Below, piece after piece: positions 20,565 through 29,126 of a DNA stretch of 64,000 nucleotides. This stretch comes from Roseburia sp. (GTDB lineage Bacteria; Bacillota; Clostridia; Oscillospirales; Ruminococcaceae). Each line of letters begins with the position of its first letter. The first letter of the stretch is position 1. The notes below the pieces were generated by a model. That model was not told where the DNA came from, did no database searches, and saw only the letters and a program-made list of their open reading frames with translations. Position numbers and translations under genes: made by a program. The stretch is from positions 87,808 through 151,807 of the forward strand of contig JAMPCH010000001.1 of the NCBI GenBank assembly GCA_023666265.1, in the 5' to 3' direction.

Positions 20565-21109
20565 GGAAGCCGGAGCTTCGCCGCGAGCTTTTGCTTCGTC
20601 GGCGAAGTATGGATAAAAGTACCAAGAAAGAATACGACGATTCCATTCATACTAAACTTACGGAGCTGATCCGCGCGACCGAACCTCGGGCGATCTTATC
20701 ATATCTCTCGACCGAGCTCGAGGTCGGGACGATCGAATTCCTTCGGGAGATGATCTTGTTGGGAAAAGCGGTCTACGCGCCCCGATGTGAAAACGGGATT
20801 ATGCGTTTTTTTCGGCTTTACGATCTCTCTGCGCTGAAAAAAGGCGCGTTCGGGATCCCCGAGCCGTCCGGTTCGGAGGAATTTTTCGGCGGACGGGATT
20901 CGGTTTGTATCACGCCGGCGCTGATGTTTAGCCGCGACGGCTATCGGCTCGGCTATGGGGGCGGCTATTATGACCGATTTTTGGGAGATTACGACGGACT
21001 TTCCGTCGGGATCTGTTACGACAGCTTTATCGGCGAGATCCCGAGAGAGGCGTTTGACCGCCCGGTTCGGCTTCTTATCACGGAGAAGGAGACCATCGAT
21101 CTAAGGTAA
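20555..21109 (+). CDS. 5-formyltetrahydrofolate cyclo-ligase
   Basis: GYGGGYYDRFL motif. 184 aa. Confidence 0.85.
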   Translation: MSIGKPELRRELLLRRRSMDKSTKKEYDDSIHTKLTELIRATEPRAILSYLSTELEVGTIEFLREMILLGKAVYAPRCENGIMRFFRLYDLSALKKGAFGIPEPSGSEEFFGGRDSVCITPALMFSRDGYRLGYGGGYYDRFLGDYDGLSVGICYDSFIGEIPREAFDRPVRLLITEKETIDLR

Positions 21110-21141
21110 TACCGCGAACGGCGGAAAGGAATGATATTATT

Positions 21142-22752
21142 TTGGAAGACAGAAAAAACGACAATGTGGAAAGTCTTGCCGCGTTTTTACATAGCGGCAA
21201 CGAAGATGCGGGTTCCGCGCTGAAAACGGAAGCCGCGCCTTCGCCGCGCGAAAAATCGGTTTCCTACCCGGAAAATCTTTCCGACGTTCTGTTTTCTCTC
21301 GATCATAAAAAAAAGGAGAGGAGCGCGGCGAGAAGGACAGAGCCGAAGCCGCGTCCCGCGCCCTCGCCCGCTTTGGAGAAAAAAGTTCCCGAAACAAAAA
21401 AAGCGGAGGACGGTGTCCGCGAGACGCCGTATTATGACGAAACCGAAAAAAAGCCCGTCCATTACGATAACGCCGCGACCCAGATGATGGAGATCGGCGC
21501 GGCGCAAAAAAACAGGATCCGCGAGCTTCGGTCGGAGGAGGAAGAGGAGGAAAGGCGCTCTCGCCGCGAGATCGCGGACATGAGGATCCGCTATGAAAAA
21601 CAACGCCAGCGTTCCCGCACCTTTGCCTTTATCCTGATCGGCGCTTTCCTCTCGGTCGTGATCATCGGGGTATCCGCTTATATTTCTTCTTATATCGTGA
21701 CCTTCGCGCTCGATCTTACGGGGATCGCGACGAACGACTTTCGGCTCGACATCGAGATCCCGAGCGGCGCGAACGTCGAGACCGTCGCCGCCATTTTACA
21801 GGAAAACAATATTATCCAGTCCGCGAAATTCTTTCGGCTTTTCGCCGATTTTACGCATAAATCCGATAACTTCCAGTCGGGGACGTATACGCTCAGCTCG
21901 ACGATGTCTTATATGACGATCTTTAGCACGCTCCAAGACACCAGTATCGAATATAAGACCGTGACGATACGGATCGTAGAGGGTATGACCGCCTCGGAGA
22001 TCGGTAAGCTCCTCGAGGAGAATAAGGTTTGTTATGCCGAGGATTTTGAGCAGTATTATAAAAATATCCAAAACAACTACGATTTTGAGAAAAGAATTCG
22101 GGAAAAGTCGTCGAAATTTAATCAGCTCGAGGGATATTTATTCCCCGATACCTATGAATTTTACGCGACGCTCGACGTTCCCGAGCTGGAATATGAATCC
22201 AAGGAGGAAAGAAAGAAGAGCGAGGACGAACAGCGCAGCCGGGAACTCGAAAACGCCGAAAGCGCCGCCAAAAAAATGTACCAAAATTTTAACGAAAAAA
22301 TGACGAAACAGATGTATAAACAGATGGGCGAAATGAATATGACGCTCGACGAGGTCATCACGCTCGCGTCTATGGTTCAAAAAGAGGCCGCCGGTACGGA
22401 GGATATGTATTATGTCGCGAGCGTCTTTTTAAACCGTATCCGAAATTCGGAGGCTTATCCGAACCTCCAGTCGGACGTTACCGTTCTCTATGTTGAGAAC
22501 GAGATCCGTCCGTATCTCGACGCGTCCTCCGCGCGATACGGTCGTTTCGCGAACGCTTATAACACCTATGTTTGTGAAGGGATCCCCGCTGGACCGATCT
22601 GTAACCCCGGGCTTGACGCGATCGAAGCCGTTTTAAACGCCGCGTCGACCGACTACTTTTACTTCTGCGCGAATAAGGAGACGGGAGAAGTCTATTACGC
22701 GACGACGCAGGAGGAGCACGAGGTCAATCTCGTTCTCGCGGGTCTCGCGTGA
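21142..22752 (+). CDS. mltG: Endolytic murein transglycosylase MltG/YceG family with long charged N-terminal region
   Basis: TM segment, then YceG-like domain (LEGYLFPDTYEF, GLPAGPICNPG). E/K/R-rich insert. Confidence 0.8.
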   Translation: MEDRKNDNVESLAAFLHSGNEDAGSALKTEAAPSPREKSVSYPENLSDVLFSLDHKKKERSAARRTEPKPRPAPSPALEKKVPETKKAEDGVRETPYYDETEKKPVHYDNAATQMMEIGAAQKNRIRELRSEEEEEERRSRREIADMRIRYEKQRQRSRTFAFILIGAFLSVVIIGVSAYISSYIVTFALDLTGIATNDFRLDIEIPSGANVETVAAILQENNIIQSAKFFRLFADFTHKSDNFQSGTYTLSSTMSYMTIFSTLQDTSIEYKTVTIRIVEGMTASEIGKLLEENKVCYAEDFEQYYKNIQNNYDFEKRIREKSSKFNQLEGYLFPDTYEFYATLDVPELEYESKEERKKSEDEQRSRELENAESAAKKMYQNFNEKMTKQMYKQMGEMNMTLDEVITLASMVQKEAAGTEDMYYVASVFLNRIRNSEAYPNLQSDVTVLYVENEIRPYLDASSARYGRFANAYNTYVCEGIPAGPICNPGLDAIEAVLNAASTDYFYFCANKETGEVYYATTQEEHEVNLVLAGLA

Positions 22753-22802
22753 TCATTTTCCCAAAGTGAAGCAAAAATTATTTTAAAATAAAAATATGTA
22801 TG

Positions 22803-22849
22803 AACCGTTCGGGAAAGCTTTCCCGAACGGTTCTATTTTCCGCGCCTAA
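22803..22849 (+). terminator. Rho-independent terminator after mltG
   Basis: Perfect inverted repeat gaaccgttcgggaaagc/gctttcccgaacggttc followed by tattttcc. Confidence 0.75.
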
Positions 22850-22892
22850 CGCATAAATATGATTGTGTAATACGTTCACAAACGAGGATAAT

Positions 22893-23153
22893 ATGAACAA
22901 TCATCGCATTATTTTGGAAAATCGTTCGCTTTTACACGCGACGGGCGTCAAAAGCACGGAAAGCTTCCGGGACGAGAGGATCGTCCTTCATACCGAATGC
23001 GGCGATCTCGCGATCTATGGGAGCGCTCTTTCCGTTCATGAGCTGGACATGGGTTCGGGCGATTTTGAGGTCAGCGGAAGGATCGACGCGCTGAAATATC
23101 TTTCCGACGATCGACATATCCCCGATAATTTTATCAGTAAATTATTTCGTTAG
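22893..23153 (+). CDS. yabP: Sporulation protein YabP
   Basis: About 86 aa. IILENRSLLHATGVKSTESF...IVLHTE.G.L.I.G..L.V pattern of YabP. Followed by yabQ/divIC as in Bacillus. Confidence 0.8.
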   Translation: MNNHRIILENRSLLHATGVKSTESFRDERIVLHTECGDLAIYGSALSVHELDMGSGDFEVSGRIDALKYLSDDRHIPDNFISKLFR

Positions 23154-23183
23154 TTCCATGGCTGAAAGGGAAGGGCTTACGCT

Positions 23184-23741
23184 ATGTATGATTCCACGCG
23201 GGAAATTTTGGAGCAGATCGGGATCTTTGCGTTGATCGGCGTTGTACTTGGCGTCGGGTATGATCTCCTTCGATTTTTTCGTATTTTGTTTCGTAAGGGG
23301 CGGCTGTTGATCCATTTAGAGGATCTTTTTTACCTACCGTTTTGCGCGTTTTTGATCTTTTGTTGCGTCGTCGAATACGGTGGGGGAAAGCTTCGGCTTT
23401 ATCATCTGCTCGCGGCGGGCTTTGGCGCAGCGGTGTATCTCATAACGCTCGGACAGCTTACGCGTCTGATCGCGCGGGCGATCCGCTCGTTTTTTGATTT
23501 TTTATGGAAGGCGCTAAAAAAACCGATTTATGGTTGTTATCGCTTAATTTACCAAATTTTTTCCTCAATGTTTGGCGCATTGTGCCAAAAAATCGAAAAA
23601 ACAGTAAAAATTATCCGATTTTACTTGAAAAAAGCAAGCGAAATGTTGTATAATAAGAATAATTCTAAAATAGGGAAATCATATGAAACGGGCGGTGAGG
23701 AACGGCATGTTATTCAAGCAGAAGTCAGAAAAAAAGCATAG
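23184..23741 (+). CDS. yabQ: Spore cortex biosynthesis membrane protein YabQ
   Basis: Hydrophobic 185-aa protein immediately downstream of yabP. Conserved gene order. Confidence 0.65.
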   Translation: MYDSTREILEQIGIFALIGVVLGVGYDLLRFFRILFRKGRLLIHLEDLFYLPFCAFLIFCCVVEYGGGKLRLYHLLAAGFGAAVYLITLGQLTRLIARAIRSFFDFLWKALKKPIYGCYRLIYQIFSSMFGALCQKIEKTVKIIRFYLKKASEMLYNKNNSKIGKSYETGGEERHVIQAEVRKKA

Positions 23742-24009
23742 ACGTTCTTTCTTTATGGGACTGCTTGGCGTCGCCGCATTACTTTATGCCGTGATTTCGC
23801 TTGTGTCGATCCAGGTGGACATCGCGCAAAAATCGACCGAATACGAGGAGCTTTCCGCGAAGCTGACGCAGATCAAAACGGAAAACGAACAGCTCGAGCG
23901 GTATTCGAGCGACGAATATCGGCTCGATTATATCGAGGAGATCGCGCGCGAGGAGTTGGATTATTCCTACGCGGACGAAAAAATCTATTATTTTGTCCCG
24001 AGCGATTGA
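23683..24009 (+). CDS. divIC: Septum formation initiator family protein (DivIC/FtsB)
   Basis: TM segment plus coiled coil (LSAKLTQIKTENEQLERY) and C-terminal EEIAREELDY. Conserved yabP-yabQ-divIC order. Confidence 0.8.
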   Translation: MKRAVRNGMLFKQKSEKKHRRSFFMGLLGVAALLYAVISLVSIQVDIAQKSTEYEELSAKLTQIKTENEQLERYSSDEYRLDYIEEIAREELDYSYADEKIYYFVPSD

Positions 24010-24141
24010 TGTTTTTCACCGCGAAAAGCCGTATACGCCTTCGTTCGGGTCGGCGATAAGACGTTTTTGGGTATACTGTAATATAAGGTGGGGCGGGCTT
24101 AGGTTCGCTTTTTTTCGATTTTATGGAAGGGATCGTTCGGC

Positions 24142-24249
24142 ATGAAAAAGAGGGATCGTGAAAGACTTTCCGTTGCGGCGAGGATCGGAGCGCTCGCGCT
24201 CGCGTTTTTGTTCCTTTTGGGGTTTATTTTACAGGCGTTTATCCGTTAG
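24142..24249 (+). CDS. Candidate small membrane protein (35 aa) not in the ORF track
   Basis: ATG at 24142. MKKRDRERLSVAARIGALALAFLFLLGFILQAFIR: positively charged N-terminus plus a single hydrophobic helix. Sits in an otherwise empty 530-nt intergenic region. Weak RBS. Confidence 0.3.
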   Translation: MKKRDRERLSVAARIGALALAFLFLLGFILQAFIR

Positions 24250-24293
24250 GAGAGCCGAAGGGGAGGACCCTGTAAAAAATTAACAAAAATGCT

Positions 24294-24322
24294 TGATTTT
24301 TTTTGGAAAAAGATGTATAATA
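24294..24322 (+). promoter_or_regulatory. Promoter TTGATT-17-TATAAT (TG-extended) starting the long PduL leader
   Basis: ttgattttttttggaaaaagatgtataat. Confidence 0.55.
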
Positions 24323-24539
24323 AGTTTAGACTACACCGCACAATTATTGTCGTTCGAGTGGCAGTCAGATTTTTCGTCAGATTGTACAGATTTTATGCAG
24401 GAAGGCTGACGCCTTTCAAAGAAAATTTGTGCAATATGGCGGAAAATATGGCTGTCAATCGGACGGCAAAGCCGCAGGCGGTAATTGTACGGTGTTGCCG
24501 TTACTACGTTTATTCTATTCACAATGGAGGAATTTCAAA

Positions 24540-25121
24540 ATGGCTGAAAAAATTTTAATCGAAACCTCTGCGCGTCATATCCATGTGACGCAGGAAGCGC
24601 TCGAGGCGCTGTTTGGGAAAGGCGCGGCGCTTACGAAGAAAAAGGATCTGTCCCAGCCGGGACAGTACGCCTGTGAAGAACGGGTGACGATCGTAGGACC
24701 GAAGAAAGAGCTCGCGAACGTTTCGATCCTCGGACCCGTTCGCTCCGCGACCCAAGTCGAGCTTTCGGCGACCGACGCGCGCTCGATCGGGATCCCGATC
24801 GTGGTTCGCGAATCGGGAGACATCGAGGGGACACCCGGCTGTAAGGTAATCGGACCCGCCGGCGAGATCGAGATCGATAAGGGCGTGATCGTCGCGAAGC
24901 GCCACGTTCACCTTACCCCCGAGACCGCCGAAAAGCTCGGCGTAAAGAATAAGGATATCGTTTGGGTAAAGGCGGAAACGGACGGTAGAGCCGCGATTTT
25001 AGGCGACGTTGTGATCCGTGTCAGCGATCAGTTCGCGGACGCGATGCATATCGACACCGACGAATCCAACGCGATCGCCGCGACCCCGAACCTAATGGGC
25101 GAAATCATCAAGTCTTTATAA
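24540..25121 (+). CDS. pduL: Phosphate propanoyltransferase / PduL-type phosphotransacylase
   Basis: Two PduL repeats with SARHIHVT and AKRHVHLT motifs. Near-collinear with Salmonella PduL (QPGQYA.EE.VT.VGPKG...LGP.RS..QVE.S.TDAR..GI, MHIDTDE.NAA). Confidence 0.9.
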   Translation: MAEKILIETSARHIHVTQEALEALFGKGAALTKKKDLSQPGQYACEERVTIVGPKKELANVSILGPVRSATQVELSATDARSIGIPIVVRESGDIEGTPGCKVIGPAGEIEIDKGVIVAKRHVHLTPETAEKLGVKNKDIVWVKAETDGRAAILGDVVIRVSDQFADAMHIDTDESNAIAATPNLMGEIIKSL

Positions 25122-25251
25122 GCTTTAGAGCGATCCCGCCGCGCTGTTGTATCTTTGGAATACTTCAAGATACGGCGCGGCGGAATTTTATATATTATTC
25201 GGCGATTTGTTCCTATCGGATCAGAAAGGCGAACAAAAGGGAGCTGATAAA

Positions 25252-25845
25252 ATGAACTGTTGCGGAACAAGGATTATTGAAACGGATCGGCTGATCCTAC
25301 GCCGATTTGAGGTCTCGGACGCGGCGCTGATGTATCGGAATTGGGCTTCCGACCCGGAGGGCACAAAATTCCTAACGTGGAAGCCGCATAAGGACGAGGA
25401 AGAAACAAGAGCGCTCTTATCCGAATGGGTCGCCGATTATGAGAGATCCGACTGTTATAACTGGATCATCGTCTTAAAGGGCGAAAGAGCCGAACCCGTC
25501 GGCTCGATCAGCGTCGTTCGGATCGAGGAGACGACGCGCTGTATGACGATCGGCTATTGTATCGGAAAGGCGTGGTGGCGACGGGAGATCACCTCCGAGG
25601 CGCTGGACGCCGTGATCGATCACCTTTTTAAAAATACCGACGTCCTGAGGATCGAGTCATACCATGATTCGGATAATCCCAACTCGGGCGGGGTAATGAA
25701 GAAATGCGGCATGAAGTACGAGGGGACGTTACGCGGACACGATCTCAATAATCGCGGGATCGTGGACGCATGTTATTACTCGATCTTAAGAGATGAGCCG
25801 CGAGAACGCCTTCCCAAAAAAATAAACGAACAAAATCATTATTAG
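25252..25845 (+). CDS. GNAT family N-acetyltransferase (RimJ/RimL-like)
   Basis: TDRLILRRFE..DA..MY.NW.SDPE N-terminus typical of the GNAT acetyltransferase family. RBS aaagggag. Confidence 0.8.
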   Translation: MNCCGTRIIETDRLILRRFEVSDAALMYRNWASDPEGTKFLTWKPHKDEEETRALLSEWVADYERSDCYNWIIVLKGERAEPVGSISVVRIEETTRCMTIGYCIGKAWWRREITSEALDAVIDHLFKNTDVLRIESYHDSDNPNSGGVMKKCGMKYEGTLRGHDLNNRGIVDACYYSILRDEPRERLPKKINEQNHY

Positions 25846-25857
25846 GAGGATCATCGT

Positions 25858-26688
25858 ATGGATCACAACGAAAAGCTGAAAAAATGTCTGGAAAGTGTTC
25901 GAAAAAAGACGAACTTTGTGCCGAAGGTTGCGCTCACGCTCGGATCGGGGCTCGGGGCGCTCGCCGACGAGATCGAGACCGAGGCGGTCGTCGATTACAG
26001 CGAGATCGAGGACTTCCCGATCTCGACCGTTCCCGGTCATAAGGGGCGGTTCGTGTTCGGTAAAATGGACGGCGTTCCCGTCGTCATTATGCAAGGGCGC
26101 GTTCACTATTACGAGGGCTATGAAATGCGGGACGTCGTACTTCCCGCGCGGCTCATGAAGCTGATGGGCGCGGAGGTGCTTTTCCTCACAAACGCGAGCG
26201 GCGGGATTAACGCGAACTTTTCGGCGGGGGATTTTATGCTCATCACCGATCAGATCTCTAACTTTGTACCGAGCCCGCTGATCGGACCGAACCTTGACTC
26301 CTTCGGGACGCGTTTCCCCGATATGAGCGAGATCTATGATAAAGACCTCCGTAAGATCATTGTCGATACGGCGGATTCACTCGGGATCAAGCTCCAACAG
26401 GGCGTTTATATCCAGCTTACCGGGCCGAATTTTGAGTCGCCCGCCGAGATCCGTATGTGCCGTGCGCTCGGCGCGGACGCGGTCGGGATGAGTACCGCCT
26501 GTGAGGCGATCGCCGCGAATCACGCGGGGATGAAAATTTGCGGGATCTCGTGCGTGGCGAACCTCGGCTGTGGCTTAACGGAAAATCCTCTCACGCATAA
26601 AGAAGTTATGGAAGCCGCCGATAAAGCCGCGCCGCTCTTTAAAAAACTGATCCGCGCCTCGATCGTTCATATCGCGGAGAAAATGTGA
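25858..26688 (+). CDS. punA: Purine nucleoside phosphorylase, PunA/MTAP family (inosine/guanosine or methylthioinosine-type)
   Basis: [12 protein letters not shown].....YSEI..FP.STV.GH.G..VFG...GV.VV.MQGR.HYYEG......V.P.R.M..LG...L..TNA.GG.N: PNP-I family. Confidence 0.85.
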   Translation: MDHNEKLKKCLESVRKKTNFVPKVALTLGSGLGALADEIETEAVVDYSEIEDFPISTVPGHKGRFVFGKMDGVPVVIMQGRVHYYEGYEMRDVVLPARLMKLMGAEVLFLTNASGGINANFSAGDFMLITDQISNFVPSPLIGPNLDSFGTRFPDMSEIYDKDLRKIIVDTADSLGIKLQQGVYIQLTGPNFESPAEIRMCRALGADAVGMSTACEAIAANHAGMKICGISCVANLGCGLTENPLTHKEVMEAADKAAPLFKKLIRASIVHIAEKM

Positions 26689-26689
26689 A

Positions 26690-27760
26690 ATGAAAAATGA
26701 ATTAAGAGATCGGGTTGAGAACGTCCGACTTTCCGACGAGGGAAAATGCGTCGTTATTTTAGATCAGACGAAGCTCCCAAATGAGGTCGAGTTTATCGAG
26801 CTGAAAACGGCGGAGGAATTTTATGACGCGATCTATACGCTGAAGGTGCGCGGTGCGCCCGCGATCGGGATCTGTGCGGGCTTTGCGCTATATGTTATCG
26901 CGAGCCGCTTCCCCGAGGGGTCGAAGGAGTTTTTTTTAAAAAAACTGATCGAAGTGAAACGCTATCTCGCCTCCTCGCGTCCGACCGCCGTCAATCTTGT
27001 TCACGCGCTCGATCGAGTGGAACGGGCGGCGCTTTCCGAAAGGGAAGCGGAGATCCCGGATATTCTGACGAAAATGCGATCGGAGAGTATCGCCATTCAA
27101 GACGAGGATATAGAAATGTGCCGCGCAATCTCGGAGTACGGACTAACGCTGATCCGGGACGGAGACGGCGTGATCACGCATTGTAACGCGGGACCGCTCG
27201 CGACCTCGGTCTATGGGACGGGGCTCGGCGCACTGATCCTCGGGGCAGAGCGCGGGTCGCACTTTCGCGCGTATGTGGACGAAACGCGCCCGCTTTTACA
27301 GGGGGCGCGGTTGACCGCTTATGAACTGGATCGGGCGGGGGTAGACGTAACGCTGATCTGTGACAATATGGCGGGCGTGATTATGAAGCAGGGGAAAGCG
27401 AACGCCTGTTTTGTCGGTTGTGATCGCGTCGCGGCGAACGGCGATACCGCGAATAAGATCGGGACGAGCGGTCTCGCGATCCTCGCGCATTACTACGGTA
27501 TCCCGTTTTATGTATTCTGTCCGTCGTCGACCGTCGATTTCGGCTGTAAGACGGGCGCGGATATTGTGATCGAGGAACGCGATCCCTCGGAGATCGGCGA
27601 AATGTTTTTCAGCCGCCCGATGTCGCCGCGCGGCATTCGCTGTTATAATCCCGCGTTCGATGTAACGGAGGCGAAGCTGATCACGGCGATCGTGACCGAA
27701 AAGGGGATCTGTCGATACCCGTATACGCGGTCGCTCGCGGAGCGACTCGGCACGATTTAA
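26690..27760 (+). CDS. mtnA: S-methyl-5-thioribose-1-phosphate isomerase (eIF-2B alpha/beta/delta family)
   Basis: 356 aa. [13 protein letters not shown]...[43 protein letters not shown] motifs of MtnA. Confidence 0.9.
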   Translation: MKNELRDRVENVRLSDEGKCVVILDQTKLPNEVEFIELKTAEEFYDAIYTLKVRGAPAIGICAGFALYVIASRFPEGSKEFFLKKLIEVKRYLASSRPTAVNLVHALDRVERAALSEREAEIPDILTKMRSESIAIQDEDIEMCRAISEYGLTLIRDGDGVITHCNAGPLATSVYGTGLGALILGAERGSHFRAYVDETRPLLQGARLTAYELDRAGVDVTLICDNMAGVIMKQGKANACFVGCDRVAANGDTANKIGTSGLAILAHYYGIPFYVFCPSSTVDFGCKTGADIVIEERDPSEIGEMFFSRPMSPRGIRCYNPAFDVTEAKLITAIVTEKGICRYPYTRSLAERLGTI

Positions 27761-27811
27761 GGCTACACCGCACAATGATCGGCGTACAGATGTGCGGGCA
27801 AAGGCGTAGCC
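27761..27811 (+). repeat. Nested hairpin carrying the recurrent CACCGCACAAT motif (mtnA-mtaD spacer)
   Basis: ggctac-A-ccgcaca[atgatcggcgtacaga]tgtgcgg-gcaaaggc-gtagcc. No following U-run. Confidence 0.5.
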
Positions 27812-27860
27812 GTTCATTGCGCGGTATTGCCTTAACTAAAGCACGGAAAGGAATGTTAAA

Positions 27861-29126
27861 ATGAAACTCAGATTTTATAACGCGAAGATCATGACGATGG
27901 AAAACGATTGCTCGGTGATCGAGGGAGAGCTTCACGTTGAAAACGATCGGATCGCCTATATCGGTCCCGAAAAAGGGGAGGAGACCTTTGATCGAGAGAT
28001 CGACGCGGGCGGGAATTTACTGATGCCGGGCTTTAAAAACGCGCACACACACTCGGCGATGACGTTCCTTCGCTCTTACGCGGACGACCTTCCGCTCCAG
28101 AGCTGGCTCAACGATCGGGTCTTCCCGATGGAGGCGAAGCTTACGCCGGACGCGGTATACTGGTTCTCGCGTCTCGCGATTCTAGAATATTTAACAAGCG
28201 GTATGACCGCGAATTTTGATATGTATATGAAAACCGACGCGATCGCGCAGGCGAGCATCGACAGCGGCTTTCGCACGGTGCTTTGTGACTCGATCAACAA
28301 TTTCGGCGGCTCGGTAGAACAGATGGAGAAGGATTATGACCGCTTCGGCGGTATGAGCGACCTGATCTCTTATCACCTCGGCTTTCACGCGGAGTATACG
28401 ACGAGTATGGAGATCATGAAGGAGATAGCCGCGCTCGCGAATCGAAGAAGGCTTCCCGTTTTCGTCCATAATTCGGAAACGAAAGCCGAGGTAGAGGGCT
28501 GTAAGGAGCGGTACGGTATGACCCCGACGGAAACGCTCGAAAGCATCGGGATGTATAATTACGGCGGCGGCGGCTATCATTGCGTCCATATGTCCGAGGA
28601 GGATATTCGGATCTTTAAGAGGCGAGGGCTTTACGCGGTAACGAACCCCGCCTCAAACCTAAAGCTCGCGAGCGGGATCGCGCCGATCTGTACCTTCCTC
28701 GAGAATGAGATCCCCGTCGCGATCGGGACGGACGGTCCGGCGAGCAACAACTGTCTCGATATGTTCCGCGAGATGTTCCTCGTGACGGGACTTCAAAAAA
28801 CGGTTCGTGAGGACGCGGCGGCGTGCGCCGCGACGGAGGTATTAAAAATGGCGACGATAAACGGCGCGCGCGCCATGCGGCTCGATGCGTGCGACTGCCT
28901 TAAAAAAGGGAAAAAAGCGGACTTTATCGAGATCGACTTAAGTCAGCCGAATATGCGTCCTTTAAATAACATCGCGAAAAATATCGTATACGCGGGGAGC
29001 AAGCAGAACGTTAAGCGGACGATCGTCAACGGGAAGATCCTATACGAGGACGGAAGCTTTTTCGTCGGCGAAACGCCCAAGGATATTTACCGAAAGGTAG
29101 GTCAAATGTTATCAAAAATGAAGTAA
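27861..29126 (+). CDS. mtaD: 5'-methylthioadenosine/S-adenosylhomocysteine deaminase (amidohydrolase superfamily)
   Basis: LLMPGFKNAHTHSAMTFLRSYADDLPLQSWL N-terminal metal-binding HxH. 421 aa. Confidence 0.85.
   Translation: MKLRFYNAKIMTMENDCSVIEGELHVENDRIAYIGPEKGEETFDREIDAGGNLLMPGFKNAHTHSAMTFLRSYADDLPLQSWLNDRVFPMEAKLTPDAVYWFSRLAILEYLTSGMTANFDMYMKTDAIAQASIDSGFRTVLCDSINNFGGSVEQMEKDYDRFGGMSDLISYHLGFHAEYTTSMEIMKEIAALANRRRLPVFVHNSETKAEVEGCKERYGMTPTETLESIGMYNYGGGGYHCVHMSEEDIRIFKRRGLYAVTNPASNLKLASGIAPICTFLENEIPVAIGTDGPASNNCLDMFREMFLVTGLQKTVREDAAACAATEVLKMATINGARAMRLDACDCLKKGKKADFIEIDLSQPNMRPLNNIAKNIVYAGSKQNVKRTIVNGKILYEDGSFFVGETPKDIYRKVGQMLSKMK

Noticed and set aside
24366-24391. Three CAGATT repeats (gtCAGATTtttcgtCAGATTgtaCAGATTtt) as a regulator binding array
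   Set aside because: Spacing is irregular (12 and 9 nt) and the unit is only 6 nt. Noted but not strong enough to call an operator.
24323-24539. PduL leader as a known riboswitch class (SAH, SAM, ZTP, T-box)
   Set aside because: I checked for the hallmark motifs of the SAH, SAM-I, ZTP/pfl and T-box classes and found none. I kept it only as an unclassified structured leader within the palindrome-repeat finding.
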